Of a stretch of DNA of 64,000 nucleotides, positions 53,917-64,000 are shown one piece after another (the first letter of the stretch is position 1; the number at the start of each line of letters is the position of its first letter). The stretch lies in contig CAVVNQ010000003.1 of assembly GCA_963749705.1 (NCBI GenBank), positions 1 through 64,000 on the forward strand, given 5' to 3'. Under the pieces are notes generated by a model. It saw only the letters and a program-made list of their open reading frames with translations, was not told the DNA's origin and ran no database searches. The translations under genes were made by a program, and so were the position numbers. This stretch comes from an uncultured Chloroflexia bacterium (GTDB taxonomy: Bacteria; Chloroflexota; Limnocylindria; Limnocylindrales; CSP1-4).

Positions 53917-54591
53917 TTACAGCCCGAACGTGAACAGGATTCCGTCCCAGCTCTCCCGCAGGTCGTACAGCGCCACGGCGATGAGGATCGCGCCGGAGAT
54001 GAGCTCGATCGCGCGATGCCGGTCGAGCACGAAGCGGACGATCGCGCGCTGCTGTGTCCCGGCCAGCAGCGAGAGCAGGACCAGCGGCAGCCCGAAGCCG
54101 AGGCCGAAGACCACGAACGTGCCGAGCCTCGCAACCGCATCGCCGAAGCCGACGGACACCGCCAGCAGCGCGGCCAGGAACGGACCGGCGCAGGGCAGCG
54201 CGATCGGTCCCAGCATCACGCCGTAGATCCATGCCTGGGCGTAGGGGTTCGAGACCAGCGGGACCTGCATCCCGGGCAGCCGGTTGAACGGGTTCCGTCC
54301 CGCGAGGAGGAGCAACCCCAGCACGATCAGGAACCCGTCGATCACGGGGACGAGGTAGCTCGCGACGCGCCCGATGGGGACGGCGACGAGGAACAGCACG
54401 AGCCCGACGGCGACCATCGTGGTCAGCAGGCCGGCCAGCACCAGCAGCCCGAGCAGGCCGCTCGCGCGGCGTCCGGACAGGGTGCCGGCGTTCGCCGACA
54501 GGTAGGCGAGGAACCCGGGGTAGAGCGGCAGCAGGCACGGGCTGGCCGCGCTCGCAAGACCGGCCGCGAACACGGCCGCCAGCTCCCCCAC
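53917..54591 (-). CDS. ccdA: CcdA/DsbD-type TM protein
   Basis: SPCLLPLYP and LPCAGP cysteine motifs. Confidence 0.85.
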   Translation of the reverse strand: MGELAAVFAAGLASAASPCLLPLYPGFLAYLSANAGTLSGRRASGLLGLLVLAGLLTTMVAVGLVLFLVAVPIGRVASYLVPVIDGFLIVLGLLLLAGRNPFNRLPGMQVPLVSNPYAQAWIYGVMLGPIALPCAGPFLAALLAVSVGFGDAVARLGTFVVFGLGFGLPLVLLSLLAGTQQRAIVRFVLDRHRAIELISGAILIAVALYDLRESWDGILFTFGL

Positions 54592-54593
54592 GG

Positions 54594-55241
54594 TCAGGCG
54601 CCGGCCGTCTTGACGATGTCGTCCACGCTCTCGCCGCCGGTATGGAACGAGACGTCACCGGTCGGGCTGATCAGGACCAGCGGCACCGTCGGCGGGTTGA
54701 GCACGTTGGCCCCGAACTCCGCCTCGAGGGCGGCCGAGACCTCGCGGCCGGCGACCGCATACCGGCCGGTGAACCCGCGCTGGGCCTTGTAGCGGGCAAG
54801 GTCATCCGCGGTCTCGCCCGGATCGACGGTCAGCACCACGTAGGCCACGGCGTCCGGGTCGAGGCTCGCGAGCGCTTCCGTGAACCGGCCCTGCTGGGCG
54901 CGGCAGTTGGTGCACCAGATCGCCATCGCCTCGACGAACACGGTCCGGCCGCCCAGGCTCGCGATGGTGAACGTCTCACCGGTGCTGACATCGGTGAGGG
55001 TCGCGGCAGCCCATGGGTGCGCGGCGAGCGCATCGGCGACGGGATTGCCGGACGGCTCGAGGCTGGCAGACGCGCCCCCGCCCGGAGTCTGCGCGCCGCT
55101 TGCGACTGGCGTGGAGGAAGGCCGTGGCGCGGTCGGGTTGGTCGAAGCCGGACCGGCGCCGGTCGGGGCGCCGCAGCCGGCGATCGCCAGCGCGAGCACC
55201 AGCAGCGCGGCGGTCGGGCCGCGACGTGCGCGCATGGTCAT
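54594..55241 (-). CDS. Thioredoxin-like (TlpA/ResA) lipoprotein
   Basis: LAIAGC lipobox, WCTNC motif; next to ccdA. Confidence 0.82.
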   Translation of the reverse strand: MTMRARRGPTAALLVLALAIAGCGAPTGAGPASTNPTAPRPSSTPVASGAQTPGGGASASLEPSGNPVADALAAHPWAAATLTDVSTGETFTIASLGGRTVFVEAMAIWCTNCRAQQGRFTEALASLDPDAVAYVVLTVDPGETADDLARYKAQRGFTGRYAVAGREVSAALEAEFGANVLNPPTVPLVLISPTGDVSFHTGGESVDDIVKTAGA

Positions 55242-55385
55242 GGGTTGTGCCCTCTCGGTGGTTGTGCCCTCTCGGTCGACCCGGTCCGGCCGGATGCCAT
55301 CCCGAATCTGCCCCACCCGGGTGACGGTACGGTGACGACGTGTCGACCGCGGAGCGTGCCGGGGACATGGCGCTAGCATGGGGTC

Positions 55386-56393
55386 ATGAGTGAGCAAGCG
55401 TCCCCCGCCGTCCATGTCCCGACCCTGATGACCGTCCACGCCCACCCGGACGACGAGACGATCGGCACCGGCGGGACGATGGCAAAGACGATCGGCCAGG
55501 GACGCAGGGTCGTCCTCGTGACGTGCACCAGGGGTGAGATGGGCGAGATCGTCGTCCCCGAGCTCGACACGCCCGACAACCACCGCCGGCTGGGCGAGCT
55601 GCGTGCCGTGGAGCTCGAGAACGCGATGGGAGCCCTCGGCGTGACCGAGTGGGACAACCTCGGCTACCGCGATTCGGACATGATGGGCCGGGCCGGCAAC
55701 GTCGATCCGCGATGCTTCTGGCAGGCCGATCTGGACGAGGCCATCGGCCGCATGACCTGGATGGTGCGCCGCTTCCGGCCCGACGTGATGACGACCTACA
55801 ACGACTTCGGTGGGTACGGGCATCCCGACCACATCCGGAGTCACCTGGTCGCCGTCGGCTCGTTCGCCAGGGCCGGAGATCCGGCGTGGTATCCGGAGCA
55901 GATCGCGCCCGAGCACGGCGGCACCGGCGCGGCCATGGGTGAGGGCGGGGTGACCCCGTGGACCCCGGCCAAGCTGTACGAGCAGGCGATCCCGTCGTCG
56001 GTGCGGATGGCGATGAAGGAGCGGCTCGAGGCCCTTGGCGAGACGTCGTTCTGGTCGCCACCCGTCGACGCAACGCCGGCGCAGCTTGCCGAGTTCGAGG
56101 AACAGATGGCGCGGATGCTCGTGCCCGACGAGGCCATCACCGCGTGGGTCGATGTGTCGGACGCGATCGATGCCCGCTGGAACGCGATCAAGGCGCACGT
56201 CACCCAGATCTCGAACGACAACCCGTTCGTGCGCTTCGGCAAGGCCGGCTGGCAGGAGTACTGGACCCGCGAGGCGTTCATCCGACGCGAAACTCGCGTT
56301 CCCGCGCCCGACGCCGAGGACGACCTGTTCGCGGGCCTGCTGGGTCGGTCGCCCGGCCCGTACGGCTGGGACGGGTCCGCGCAGGTCGCCTGA
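55386..56393 (+). CDS. PIG-L family deacetylase (Mca/MshB-like)
   Basis: HAHPDDE, TRGEMGE, YGHPDH, AHVTQ. Confidence 0.9.
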   Translation: MSEQASPAVHVPTLMTVHAHPDDETIGTGGTMAKTIGQGRRVVLVTCTRGEMGEIVVPELDTPDNHRRLGELRAVELENAMGALGVTEWDNLGYRDSDMMGRAGNVDPRCFWQADLDEAIGRMTWMVRRFRPDVMTTYNDFGGYGHPDHIRSHLVAVGSFARAGDPAWYPEQIAPEHGGTGAAMGEGGVTPWTPAKLYEQAIPSSVRMAMKERLEALGETSFWSPPVDATPAQLAEFEEQMARMLVPDEAITAWVDVSDAIDARWNAIKAHVTQISNDNPFVRFGKAGWQEYWTREAFIRRETRVPAPDAEDDLFAGLLGRSPGPYGWDGSAQVA

Positions 56394-56422
56394 AGCCTCG
56401 CTCGCCGCCGGTAGGTCGTCCC

Positions 56423-56548
56423 GGGGACCTCGCCGGGACCTCGCCGGGACCTCGTCGCTCGCTAGCCGCCGCCACTCGCCGGAGTCCCGTCCGGCGGCCG
56501 CGGTCGCTCGCCGGAGTCCCCTCGCCTCCGTCGCTCGCCGGAGTCCCG
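56423..56548. repeat. Short tandem repeats
   Basis: GGGACCTCGCC-like unit x3 and CTCGCCGGAGTCCC x3. Confidence 0.6.
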
Positions 56549-56817
56549 TCAGGCACCGCGTGGGGCGGTGCAATCCGCGGTTCGGGGCCGATCTGCTGTC
56601 AGCCACCGCGAGGGCCGGTGCTAGACCGGCCCGCCACCGATTCCGGGCCGCTGCGAAGCCATCCGCGTGCGTGGCTCGGGTCCTGGATCGGCCCCTGGAG
56701 TGACAGGACCGCGACTACCACCACGTGGCGCGGTAGCTGACAAGATCCGGAGGCAGATCGCGCCGCCCGAGCGACCAGCGCCGGCACCGCAGGCCGCAAC
56801 GGCCTCCGGCGACGCCC

Positions 56818-58551
56818 CTACCAGTCCAGCAGCCCCTTTGATGCGCTGAACACCTGGTTCATGACCACCTTGCCGTCCGTGGCCGGGTCCATGAAGTTGG
56901 GCTGCGCGCGATCCAGGATGAGATGCGGCCGCATCCGGACCTGGACGAGCTGCTTGCCGTTGAACGTCAGCTCGAGCGTGATCCCCTCCATCGTCGGCTC
57001 CGACCACGTCTGGTCGAACACGAAGTTGCCCAGCGCGTACCAGATCGGCTTGCCCTTGTAGACCTCCATCGCCTCGGCCCAGTGGGGGTGGTTGCCGATC
57101 ACGAGGTCGGCGCCGGCATCGATCGCCGCATGGGCGAGCCGCTTCTGCGATGCGGTCGGGGTGGCCCGGTACTCGATCCCCCAGTGCGGGAACACGATCA
57201 CGATGTCCGCGCCGGCCTTGCGCGCGGCGGCGACATCGGCCTTTAGCGCCGCCGATGTCATCTGGGCGCTGCCGGGCTTGCTCGTCCCGGCCGCGTACGT
57301 GGGTGCGATCGTGTCGTAGCCGAGGATCGCGATGGTCTCGCCTCCGGCCTCGAGCAGCGCCGGCTTGTGCGCGTCGGCGGTGTTCTTGCCGGCGCCCGAG
57401 TGGAGGATCCCCTGCTTGTCGAGATTGGCCATGGTCTGGAGGATGGCGGTCCGGCCCGCGTCGCCGATGTGGTTGTTGGCGAGCGAGACCCAGTCGATGC
57501 CGGCCTTCGCCAGGCCGGCGATATAGGCCGGGTTGGCCGAGAACGTGGTGCCGTGGTCGTGGAACCGGAAGGCGTTGGGCGCCGGGTTCTCGAAGTTGGC
57601 GATCGCGATGTCGGCGCCCGATACGAGGTCGCGCACGATGCCCGCGTTGCCGGTCCGCTTCGTCCGGGGCAGCTTCCAGCCGAAGCTGGAGCAGCAGGTG
57701 TGACCCGTGATCGCCGCGGTGCCCCCGTTGAACGGAAAGTCCGACCCCGCCGAGCTTCCCCGGATCGCCAGCGAGACGCCACGGTCGAGCAGGATGTCGC
57801 CACCGGCGAACAGCGTCCAGGCGGTCGCCGGGTCGTAGTCGGACGCCGCACCCGCCGCCGGGCCCAGCTGCGCAACGAGCGGCCAGGCATCGATCGACGC
57901 GACCCTGCCGACCCCGAACATCGCCTTGCCGTCCCAGGCCAGGGCACGGACCGAGGCGGTGACCTCATCGGCGCGAAGGAAGCCCAGCTGCGTCCGGGTC
58001 TTGGCCACGCTGGCCGCCAGGGCATCGGCGTCGGCGACGACCACGAGGTGCTTGCCGAGCGCCGAGCGCTCCACGCCGAGGGCGGTGAGGATCGCATCCG
58101 CATCGCCGTCGACCAGCACGAGCGCCGTATAGGCACCGGAGCCGGCCGCGATCGACCTGACATCGGCGCTCGTGACCCCGGTGGCCGCCGACCGGAAGCT
58201 GGTGACGGGCACGATCGCCGTCCGGGCCGTGGCCGGCGTCGGGACCGGCGTCGGCTCGGGGGTGGGCGTGACGGCCGTCGACGGCGGCGCCGAGTCCTGC
58301 TCGGGCGTTGCGGATGGAGCGGGCGAGGTCGTCGACCCGGCAAGCGCTCCCGAGGCACCGGGTGTCCCACCGGCGCCGAGCAGCCCCCCGACGATCCCGC
58401 CGCCGAACCCGAGCGCAACGATGAGGACGAGGACCACGATGGCAGCCGGCGCGAGCAGCCCGCCCGTCTGCCCACCGGAGATCGCCGAGCGCATGCCGCG
58501 TCGGGCGGGAGTCGGTCGACGGGGGTGGGCGCCTGGGTCGCGAACGGTCAC
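56818..58551 (-). CDS. CapA/PgsA family metallophosphoesterase-like protein, membrane anchored
   Basis: [45 protein letters not shown]. Start approximate. Confidence 0.88.
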   Translation of the reverse strand: MTVRDPGAHPRRPTPARRGMRSAISGGQTGGLLAPAAIVVLVLIVALGFGGGIVGGLLGAGGTPGASGALAGSTTSPAPSATPEQDSAPPSTAVTPTPEPTPVPTPATARTAIVPVTSFRSAATGVTSADVRSIAAGSGAYTALVLVDGDADAILTALGVERSALGKHLVVVADADALAASVAKTRTQLGFLRADEVTASVRALAWDGKAMFGVGRVASIDAWPLVAQLGPAAGAASDYDPATAWTLFAGGDILLDRGVSLAIRGSSAGSDFPFNGGTAAITGHTCCSSFGWKLPRTKRTGNAGIVRDLVSGADIAIANFENPAPNAFRFHDHGTTFSANPAYIAGLAKAGIDWVSLANNHIGDAGRTAILQTMANLDKQGILHSGAGKNTADAHKPALLEAGGETIAILGYDTIAPTYAAGTSKPGSAQMTSAALKADVAAARKAGADIVIVFPHWGIEYRATPTASQKRLAHAAIDAGADLVIGNHPHWAEAMEVYKGKPIWYALGNFVFDQTWSEPTMEGITLELTFNGKQLVQVRMRPHLILDRAQPNFMDPATDGKVVMNQVFSASKGLLDW

Positions 58552-58620
58552 GCGCGCAGGGTACCCGAGCATCGCGAGCCCTGGTCCGGGACAGCGGGAC
58601 GCCCCGTCCCGGACAGAGGG

Positions 58621-58650
58621 ACGCCCCGTCCGGGCGGGCGGACGGGGCGT
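58621..58650 (-). terminator. Hairpin downstream of tRNA-Asp
   Basis: ACGCCCCGTCC ... GGACGGGGCGT, 11-bp stem. Confidence 0.6.
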
Positions 58651-58668
58651 AGGAAGAATCGCGATCGA

Positions 58669-58745
58669 TGGCGGACCCGACCGGATTCGAACCGGCGATC
58701 TCCAGCGTGACAGGCTGGCATGTTGGGCCGCTACACCACGGGTCC
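58669..58745 (-). tRNA. tRNA-Asp (GTC)
   Basis: GGACCCG/CGGGTCC acceptor stem, CCAGC-CTGTCAC-GCTGG anticodon arm, GGTTCGAATCC T-loop, encoded CCA; 77 nt. Confidence 0.97.
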
Positions 58746-58944
58746 GCGGTCGGTGGCGGATGATATCAGGCAGGTTTCGAAGTCGCCACCCGGCGGTCCG
58801 CCATCCAGCCGGCGCGAACGGAGGGGACCGCGGGGTGGGGGGTGCCGACGGCCAGGGCCGGCAGCGAACGACGTCGCCGGGGCCCGGGCCGCCGCAATCG
58901 GGCCGGCAGCCGGGCCCGCGGACCCGCGCTATGCTCGCCCGGCC

Positions 58945-60069
58945 ATGGTCCGCATCGATCTCCGCTCCGACACGGTCACCAAGCCCACCGACGAGATGCG
59001 CCGCGCGATGGCCGCGGCCGAGGTGGGCGACGACGTGTTCGGCGACGACCCCACCGTCAACGCTCTCGAGGAGCGCGGTGCCGACCTCCTGGGCAAGGAG
59101 GCGGGCCTGTTCGTCGCGAGCGGCTCGATGGGCAACCTGGTGTCGCTGCTCGCCCACCTGCCGCGCGGCCACGAGGCGATCGCCGGGGCAACGACGCACA
59201 CCGTGATGGACGAGGCTGGCGGTCACGCCGTCGTGGCCGGTGCCACCGTTCGAGCGCTCGCGGAGCGGCCGGACGGCACGATGGACCCGACCGCGATTCG
59301 GGAGGCGTTCCGCGACCCCACCGACCTGCACGAGCCGATCACCGGCCTGGTCGCCCTCGAGAACACGCATGCTCACTCGGGCGGGCGCCCGTTGCCGCTG
59401 GACTACGTCCGGGCCGTTGCCGTGATCGCGCACGAAGGCGGCGTCCCGCTCCACATCGACGGCGCACGCCTGTTCAACGCGACCGTCGCCCTGGGCGTCA
59501 CGCCGCGAGCGCTCGTCGCACCCGCGGACAGCGTGACGTTCTGCCTGTCCAAGGGCCTCGCAGCGCCGGTCGGATCGATCGTGGTCGGATCCCGCGAGTT
59601 CATCGGGCGCGCCCGTCGCGCGCGAAAGCTCGTCGGGGGCGGCATGCGCCAGGTCGGCGTGCTGGCGGCGGCGGGACTGGTGGCGTTGCGGGACGGCGAC
59701 GCGGGCATGATCGACCGACTTGCGGACGACCACGCCAACGCGCGCCGCCTGGCCGAGGGCCTGGCAGGCCTGCCGGGGGTCGCCTCCCCGGGCGGGATCG
59801 CCCAACCGGACCCAGGTCCGCTCGACCCGGCTCGGGCCGTGACCAACTTCGTGCTGTTTCGGGTGGAGCGGGACCGGTCGGCGTTCCTCGTAGCGCTCGA
59901 GGCCCGGGGCGTGCTCATGGTCCCCTATGCGAACGGCTCGATCCGCGCCGTGACCCACCACGGGATCGATGCCGCGGACATCGACCATGTGGTCGCCATC
60001 GTGGCCGAGATCCTGCGCGACACGTCGCCCGTCCGGTCGGCCGATCACGCGACGGCCGCGGCGGGGTGA
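58945..60069 (+). CDS. ltaE: Low-specificity L-threonine aldolase
   Basis: [45 protein letters not shown]. Confidence 0.92.
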   Translation: MVRIDLRSDTVTKPTDEMRRAMAAAEVGDDVFGDDPTVNALEERGADLLGKEAGLFVASGSMGNLVSLLAHLPRGHEAIAGATTHTVMDEAGGHAVVAGATVRALAERPDGTMDPTAIREAFRDPTDLHEPITGLVALENTHAHSGGRPLPLDYVRAVAVIAHEGGVPLHIDGARLFNATVALGVTPRALVAPADSVTFCLSKGLAAPVGSIVVGSREFIGRARRARKLVGGGMRQVGVLAAAGLVALRDGDAGMIDRLADDHANARRLAEGLAGLPGVASPGGIAQPDPGPLDPARAVTNFVLFRVERDRSAFLVALEARGVLMVPYANGSIRAVTHHGIDAADIDHVVAIVAEILRDTSPVRSADHATAAAG

Positions 60070-60136
60070 CCGCGGGCAGCGTGCGGCACCGCGAGATCGA
60101 CCCGGCGCGCGTCGTGCGCCGCGGGAGCCGTCGCGC

Positions 60137-60838
60137 GTGGACGTGATCCCGGCCATCGACGTCGCCAACGGACGCTCGCGGGTCGTGTACTGGCCGGGCG
60201 CGGCGGCCGGCATCGGCGCGCCCACCGATCGTCCCGAGCAGATCGCGGAGCAGCTCGTGCACCAGGGCGCGAGGATCCTGCACCTGGTCGACTTCGACGG
60301 AGCGCGGCGCGCGGCGCCGGCGGACCTCGACGTCGTGGGCGCGGTCGCGGCGCGGGTGGCGGTCCCGCTCCAGGTCGCGGGCGGGCTCGAAGCCGCGGAT
60401 CATGTGCGACTGGCGTTTGCCGCAGGCGCGACGCGGGTGGTGCTCTCGATCGCGATCGTGGAGCATCCAGAGGCGCTCCGCGAATGCCTGGCCGTGGCCG
60501 GGGACTGGCTCGCCGTCGGCCTGGATCCCCGACCGGAGCGGCTCGCGGCCTTCCCCTGGGCTCGCGCCGTGCCGCCCACGATCGACTCGCTGGTCGAGGA
60601 GCTCGTCGGGCAGGGCGTCCACCGGCTCGTCCTCAGCCACGGTGGCGCCACGCCGGACGCCACGCTCCTGACCACGCTGGTGAACCGCCACGACGCCGAC
60701 ATCCTCGTCGCCGGGGGTGTTGCCGACCTCGACGGCATCCGTCGGCTGCGCGACGCCGGCATCACCGGCCTCATCCTCGGAGAGGCGATCCTCTCCGGTG
60801 CCATCGAGCTCCCACGCGCCCTGGAGGCCGCCGCATGA
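60137..60838 (+). CDS. HisA/HisF-like TIM-barrel protein, divergent
   Basis: [25 protein letters not shown]. The TDIxRDG loop is absent. Confidence 0.8.
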   Translation: MDVIPAIDVANGRSRVVYWPGAAAGIGAPTDRPEQIAEQLVHQGARILHLVDFDGARRAAPADLDVVGAVAARVAVPLQVAGGLEAADHVRLAFAAGATRVVLSIAIVEHPEALRECLAVAGDWLAVGLDPRPERLAAFPWARAVPPTIDSLVEELVGQGVHRLVLSHGGATPDATLLTTLVNRHDADILVAGGVADLDGIRRLRDAGITGLILGEAILSGAIELPRALEAAA

Positions 60839-61542
60839 TTTCCCGCATCGTCGCCCGCGGCCTTGCCGCGCTCGTCGTCCCGATGCTAGTCGCCGCCTGC
60901 AGCGGCGGAGGCGCCGCGGTGCCGACGGTGGCGCCCGCTTCGGCCGCGGCCTCGTCACAGGCGGCGCCAACCGGGACCGCGGCGACCGCCTGTCCGACCG
61001 CCCAGCCGGCTGCGTTGAGCGCCGATGACGTGCGCACCGTCACCATCGACACCGAGAAGGGCGCCATCGTCATCGAGGTCCGAGGGTCGCTGTCCCCGAT
61101 CGCGACCGGAAACTTCGTGGCACTCGCGTCCTGCGGCTACTACGACGGCGTCGTGTTCCACCGGGTCGCAACGCTCCAGGACGGCACCCCGTTCGTGATC
61201 CAGGGCGGCGACGGCCAGTACGGTCGGGTCCCGACCGTCGACCCCAGCCGCGTGGGCACCGGCGGTCCCGGGTACGCCATCCAGGACGAACCCGTGACGG
61301 CCACCTATCAGCGAGGGACCGTCGCGATGGCCCGATCTGCGGCCCCCAACTCCGTGGGATCGCAGTTCTTCATCGTCCTCGACGACCGCGCCCGCGACGT
61401 TCTCGCCTCGTACAACACCTACCAGATCATCGGCACCGTGACCTCGGGGATGGACGTGGCGGACGCGATCTACGCGGCCGCCGATGCCGAGATCCCGACC
61501 AATCCGATCCCGATGACCAAGGTCACCGTCAGCACCCCGTAA
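60835..61542 (+). CDS. Cyclophilin-type PPIase, lipoprotein
   Basis: LVAAC lipobox, [26 protein letters not shown]. Confidence 0.9.
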   Translation: MISRIVARGLAALVVPMLVAACSGGGAAVPTVAPASAAASSQAAPTGTAATACPTAQPAALSADDVRTVTIDTEKGAIVIEVRGSLSPIATGNFVALASCGYYDGVVFHRVATLQDGTPFVIQGGDGQYGRVPTVDPSRVGTGGPGYAIQDEPVTATYQRGTVAMARSAAPNSVGSQFFIVLDDRARDVLASYNTYQIIGTVTSGMDVADAIYAAADAEIPTNPIPMTKVTVSTP

Positions 61543-61570
61543 CCTGTCACCACCACGAAGGAGAGCGCCC

Positions 61571-62059
61571 ATGACCCGAGCCATCATCGCGACCGAAGCC
61601 GGCACCATCGAGGCTGACCTGTTCACCGACGGCGCCCCGAAGGCCGCCGGCAACTTCGTCAAGCTCGCCAAGCAGGGCTTCTACGACGACGTCATCTTCC
61701 ACCGCGTCATCCCCGGATTCATGATCCAGGGCGGCGACGGGGAGTTCGGCAAGAAGGCGTCGCTCAACACCGGGCGCGTCGGCACCGGCGGACCCGGCTA
61801 CAAGTTCGACGACGAGCCGTTCACCGGGAGCTATGTCCGCGGCACGCTCGCGATGGCGAATGCCGGGCCGAACACGAACGGCTCGCAGTTCTTCATCATG
61901 CACGCGGACTACGCGCTGCCCAAGAGCTACACGATCTTCGGCCTGGTGACCAAGGGGATCGACGTCGTTGACGCCATTGCCAGCGCGCCGCGCAACAGCC
62001 GTGATCTGCCCGATGCGCCGGTTGCGATGACCTCGGTGACGATCGTCGACGAGGAGTAA
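61571..62059 (+). CDS. Cyclophilin-type PPIase, cytoplasmic
   Basis: [30 protein letters not shown]. Confidence 0.93.
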   Translation: MTRAIIATEAGTIEADLFTDGAPKAAGNFVKLAKQGFYDDVIFHRVIPGFMIQGGDGEFGKKASLNTGRVGTGGPGYKFDDEPFTGSYVRGTLAMANAGPNTNGSQFFIMHADYALPKSYTIFGLVTKGIDVVDAIASAPRNSRDLPDAPVAMTSVTIVDEE

Positions 62060-62231
62060 CCGCGGCCGCGAGCTGACGTCCTGCGCACGCGGGCGCGCTC
62101 CGGCGATCGCCACGTCCGGCCTGCGCTCCGGTCGTCTCGAAACCGGTCGGCAACCGGAACGTTAAGCAATTTTCACCGAAGCGGCGGACAAAACCCTTTC
62201 CTAATCCGCACCTGCGCAGTAGGATATCGAC

Positions 62232-62407
62232 GCTGCAAGTCAGCCAGCGCTGCCCCAGCATCAAGGTCATGGGTAGGTAGGGTTAGGGTAGTCGGTTCAG
62301 CCGACGCGATAGATGACCTTGGCGCGCGGCAGAAGGTCCGCCCTCGGGTGGACACCTTCACCGGGACAGCAACGAGGCGGCTCCTTCGGGAGCCGCCTCG
62401 TACGTTT
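62232..62407 (+). ncRNA. Candidate structured small RNA, family unknown
   Basis: TAGGAT -10 at 62220, several stems whose G-U pairs favour the + strand, a UUCG terminator, and no credible ORF. Confidence 0.55.
62372..62407 (+). terminator. Intrinsic terminator
   Basis: ACGAGGCGGCTCC-TTCG-GGAGCCGCCTCGT followed by ACGTTT. Confidence 0.8.
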
Positions 62408-62453
62408 ACCGGGCGGCGGAGGGTCGAATCGGCCGCGCTCTGCGCGCGGAAGC

Positions 62454-62687
62454 GCTCCCCGTCAGATGCGCTCGCCCTGTCAGATGCGCTCCCCCTGTCA
62501 GATGTCCGGCACGCGAGCGTTCGCCGTCGTCGCGGAGCATCACCGGAACGCGCATCCCCCCTGAGGTCGCTCCCGGAGCGCCGGTCCGTGCACGAATGGA
62601 ACGCTCGCCGAGCTGCGCTCCGTTGGAAAGCCGGCCGTACCGGCGCCAATCGACGGCGAACGCCCGGCTTGTGGACATCTGGCAGGG
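62454..62687. repeat. Palindromic element with tandemly amplified left end
   Basis: Arms 62493-62529 / 62651-62687; 16-18-bp GTCAGATG-containing unit x3. Confidence 0.65.
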
Positions 62688-62809
62688 ACGGAGGCCCGGG
62701 CGAGGAGGAGCGACTGGGCAACGGCCGCGGACCGAGCAACGCGGATCCGGGACGTGGATCAATTCATCCCGCAGTGCGTCCCGCTCGACCCGGGGGCACA
62801 ATCCGCGAC

Positions 62810-64000
62810 ATGGCAGCCGTTCCTTCCCGAAGCCCCGGTCAGGGCGACACCCCGGAGCTCCTGTGGTCGCCACCCGCCGACGTGCGTGAGCGATCACGCA
62901 TCGGTCGCTACCTTGCCTGGCTGGAGTCCACCAGCGATCTTCGATTCGATGGCTACGACGCGCTGTGGCGCTGGTCGGTGGATGAACCGGGCGCGTTCTG
63001 GCAGTCCGTGTGGGATCACTTCAGGGTGGCCGCCGCGACGCCGCCGGAGACGGCACTCGCGGATGCATCGATGCCCGGCGCACGCTGGTTTCCGGGCGCG
63101 ACGCTCAACTATGCGGCCCACGAGCTGGCGCTCCCCGGTCGCGACGGCTCGGACGTGGTGGTCGTCGCGCAGTCGCAGACGCGGCTACCCATCGAGCTGA
63201 CCGCCGACGAGCTGCGGGACGCCGTCCGAAGGTGTCGCGCGGGCCTGGTCCGCCTGGGCGTGCGGCGAGGTGATCGCGTCGCTGCGCTGCTGCCCAACAT
63301 CCCGGAGACGCTCGTCGCCTTCCTCGCCAGCGCGTCGCTGGGAGCCGTGTGGTCGTCGTGCGCCCCGGAGTTCGGGGTGCGGGCGATCATCGACCGCTTC
63401 GCCCAGATCGAGCCCGTGGTCCTGCTCACGATCGACGGCTATCGCTACGGCGACCGCGACATCGACCGGCGCGACGCGGTGGCCGAGATCCGTGCCGCGC
63501 TGCCGACCGTTCGCGCGACCGTGGCCGTGCGGTACCTCGAGCCGGACGCCGAGGACGCCAGGGGCGACGCCGGCCGAACGACGACCGGCGAGACCATTCC
63601 ATGGTCGGCGCTGCTGGGCGAGCGCGGGCCGCTGGCGTTCGAGCCGGTCCCGTTCGACCATCCGCTGTACATCCTGTTCTCGTCGGGCACGACCGGCCTT
63701 CCGAAGCCGATCGTCCACGGGCACGGTGGCATCCTGCTCGAGCACCTCAAGGCGATTGCCCTCCACATGGACCTCGGTCCGGATTCGCGCTTCTTCTGGT
63801 TCACGACGACCGGCTGGATGATGTGGAACTACCTGGTGTCGGGGCTCGCGGTCGGGGCCACGATCGTCCTGTTCGATGGCAACCCGGCGTGGCCGGACCT
63901 CATGACGCTGTGGCGGCTCGCAGCCGAGACGCGCACGACCTACCTGGGCACGAGCGCGCCATTCCTGATGGCGTGCCGATCCGCCGGCCTCGAGCCGGGG
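62810..64000 (+). CDS. Acetoacetate--CoA ligase (runs off the window)
   Basis: Not in the ORF track. LWRWSV..FWQSVWD, WFPGATLNYA, WSSCAPEFG, FDHPLYILFSSGTTGLPKPIVHGHGG, TTTGWMMWN. Confidence 0.92.
   Translation, partial: MAAVPSRSPGQGDTPELLWSPPADVRERSRIGRYLAWLESTSDLRFDGYDALWRWSVDEPGAFWQSVWDHFRVAAATPPETALADASMPGARWFPGATLNYAAHELALPGRDGSDVVVVAQSQTRLPIELTADELRDAVRRCRAGLVRLGVRRGDRVAALLPNIPETLVAFLASASLGAVWSSCAPEFGVRAIIDRFAQIEPVVLLTIDGYRYGDRDIDRRDAVAEIRAALPTVRATVAVRYLEPDAEDARGDAGRTTTGETIPWSALLGERGPLAFEPVPFDHPLYILFSSGTTGLPKPIVHGHGGILLEHLKAIALHMDLGPDSRFFWFTTTGWMMWNYLVSGLAVGATIVLFDGNPAWPDLMTLWRLAAETRTTYLGTSAPFLMACRSAGLEPG

Noticed and set aside
56423-56548. CRISPR array (also considered for 20789-20855 and 62454-62505)
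   Set aside because: Units are only 11-21 bp, adjacent or irregularly spaced, with no unique constant-length spacers and no cas genes.
58669-58745. Integrative element at tRNA-Asp
   Set aside because: No integrase and no duplicated tRNA 3' end was seen in the window.
62271-62290. Telomere or telomerase-template sequence (GGGTTAGGG)
   Set aside because: Only one TTAGGG unit, internal location and no RT nearby. Kept only as part of the candidate RNA.

Overview
This is a very GC-rich bacterial chromosomal segment. Gene content (Flp/Tad system without a secretin, Bacillus-like prfA-prmC-sua5-glyA-atp-murA-mreB order, many apparently leaderless genes) fits a monoderm; my best guess is Chloroflexota (Limnocylindria-like), which is inference. 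In order it holds: a surface-glycan block (rfbF, five GT-C-type membrane glycosyltransferases, two of them a mosaic tandem duplicate); a DegS/DegU-like two-component system with an extra degenerate kinase; three small Flp-type pilin genes missing from the ORF track; cpaB-cpaE-cpaF-tadB-tadC; DUF192; comF; hpf; nfo; a long minus-strand housekeeping run including the full F1Fo ATP synthase operon; an accessory cassette with two DUF3494 ice-binding-family proteins; nirK; assorted metabolic genes; tRNA-Asp; a degenerate HisA; two cyclophilins; and the start of acetoacetate-CoA ligase. The main leads are: (1) an unannotated ~175-nt structured RNA with its own terminator and an unpaired UAGG/G-tract loop at ~62230-62407; (2) a response regulator carrying a Cle-type c-di-GMP-binding motif, flanked by an intact kinase and a pseudokinase at the head of the Tad locus; (3) recurring micro-ORFs that bridge intergenic gaps and would preserve translational coupling, some inside a shared family of palindromic elements. 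Several frameshifts look like sequencing indels. All identities and base pairings were read by eye and no searches were run.
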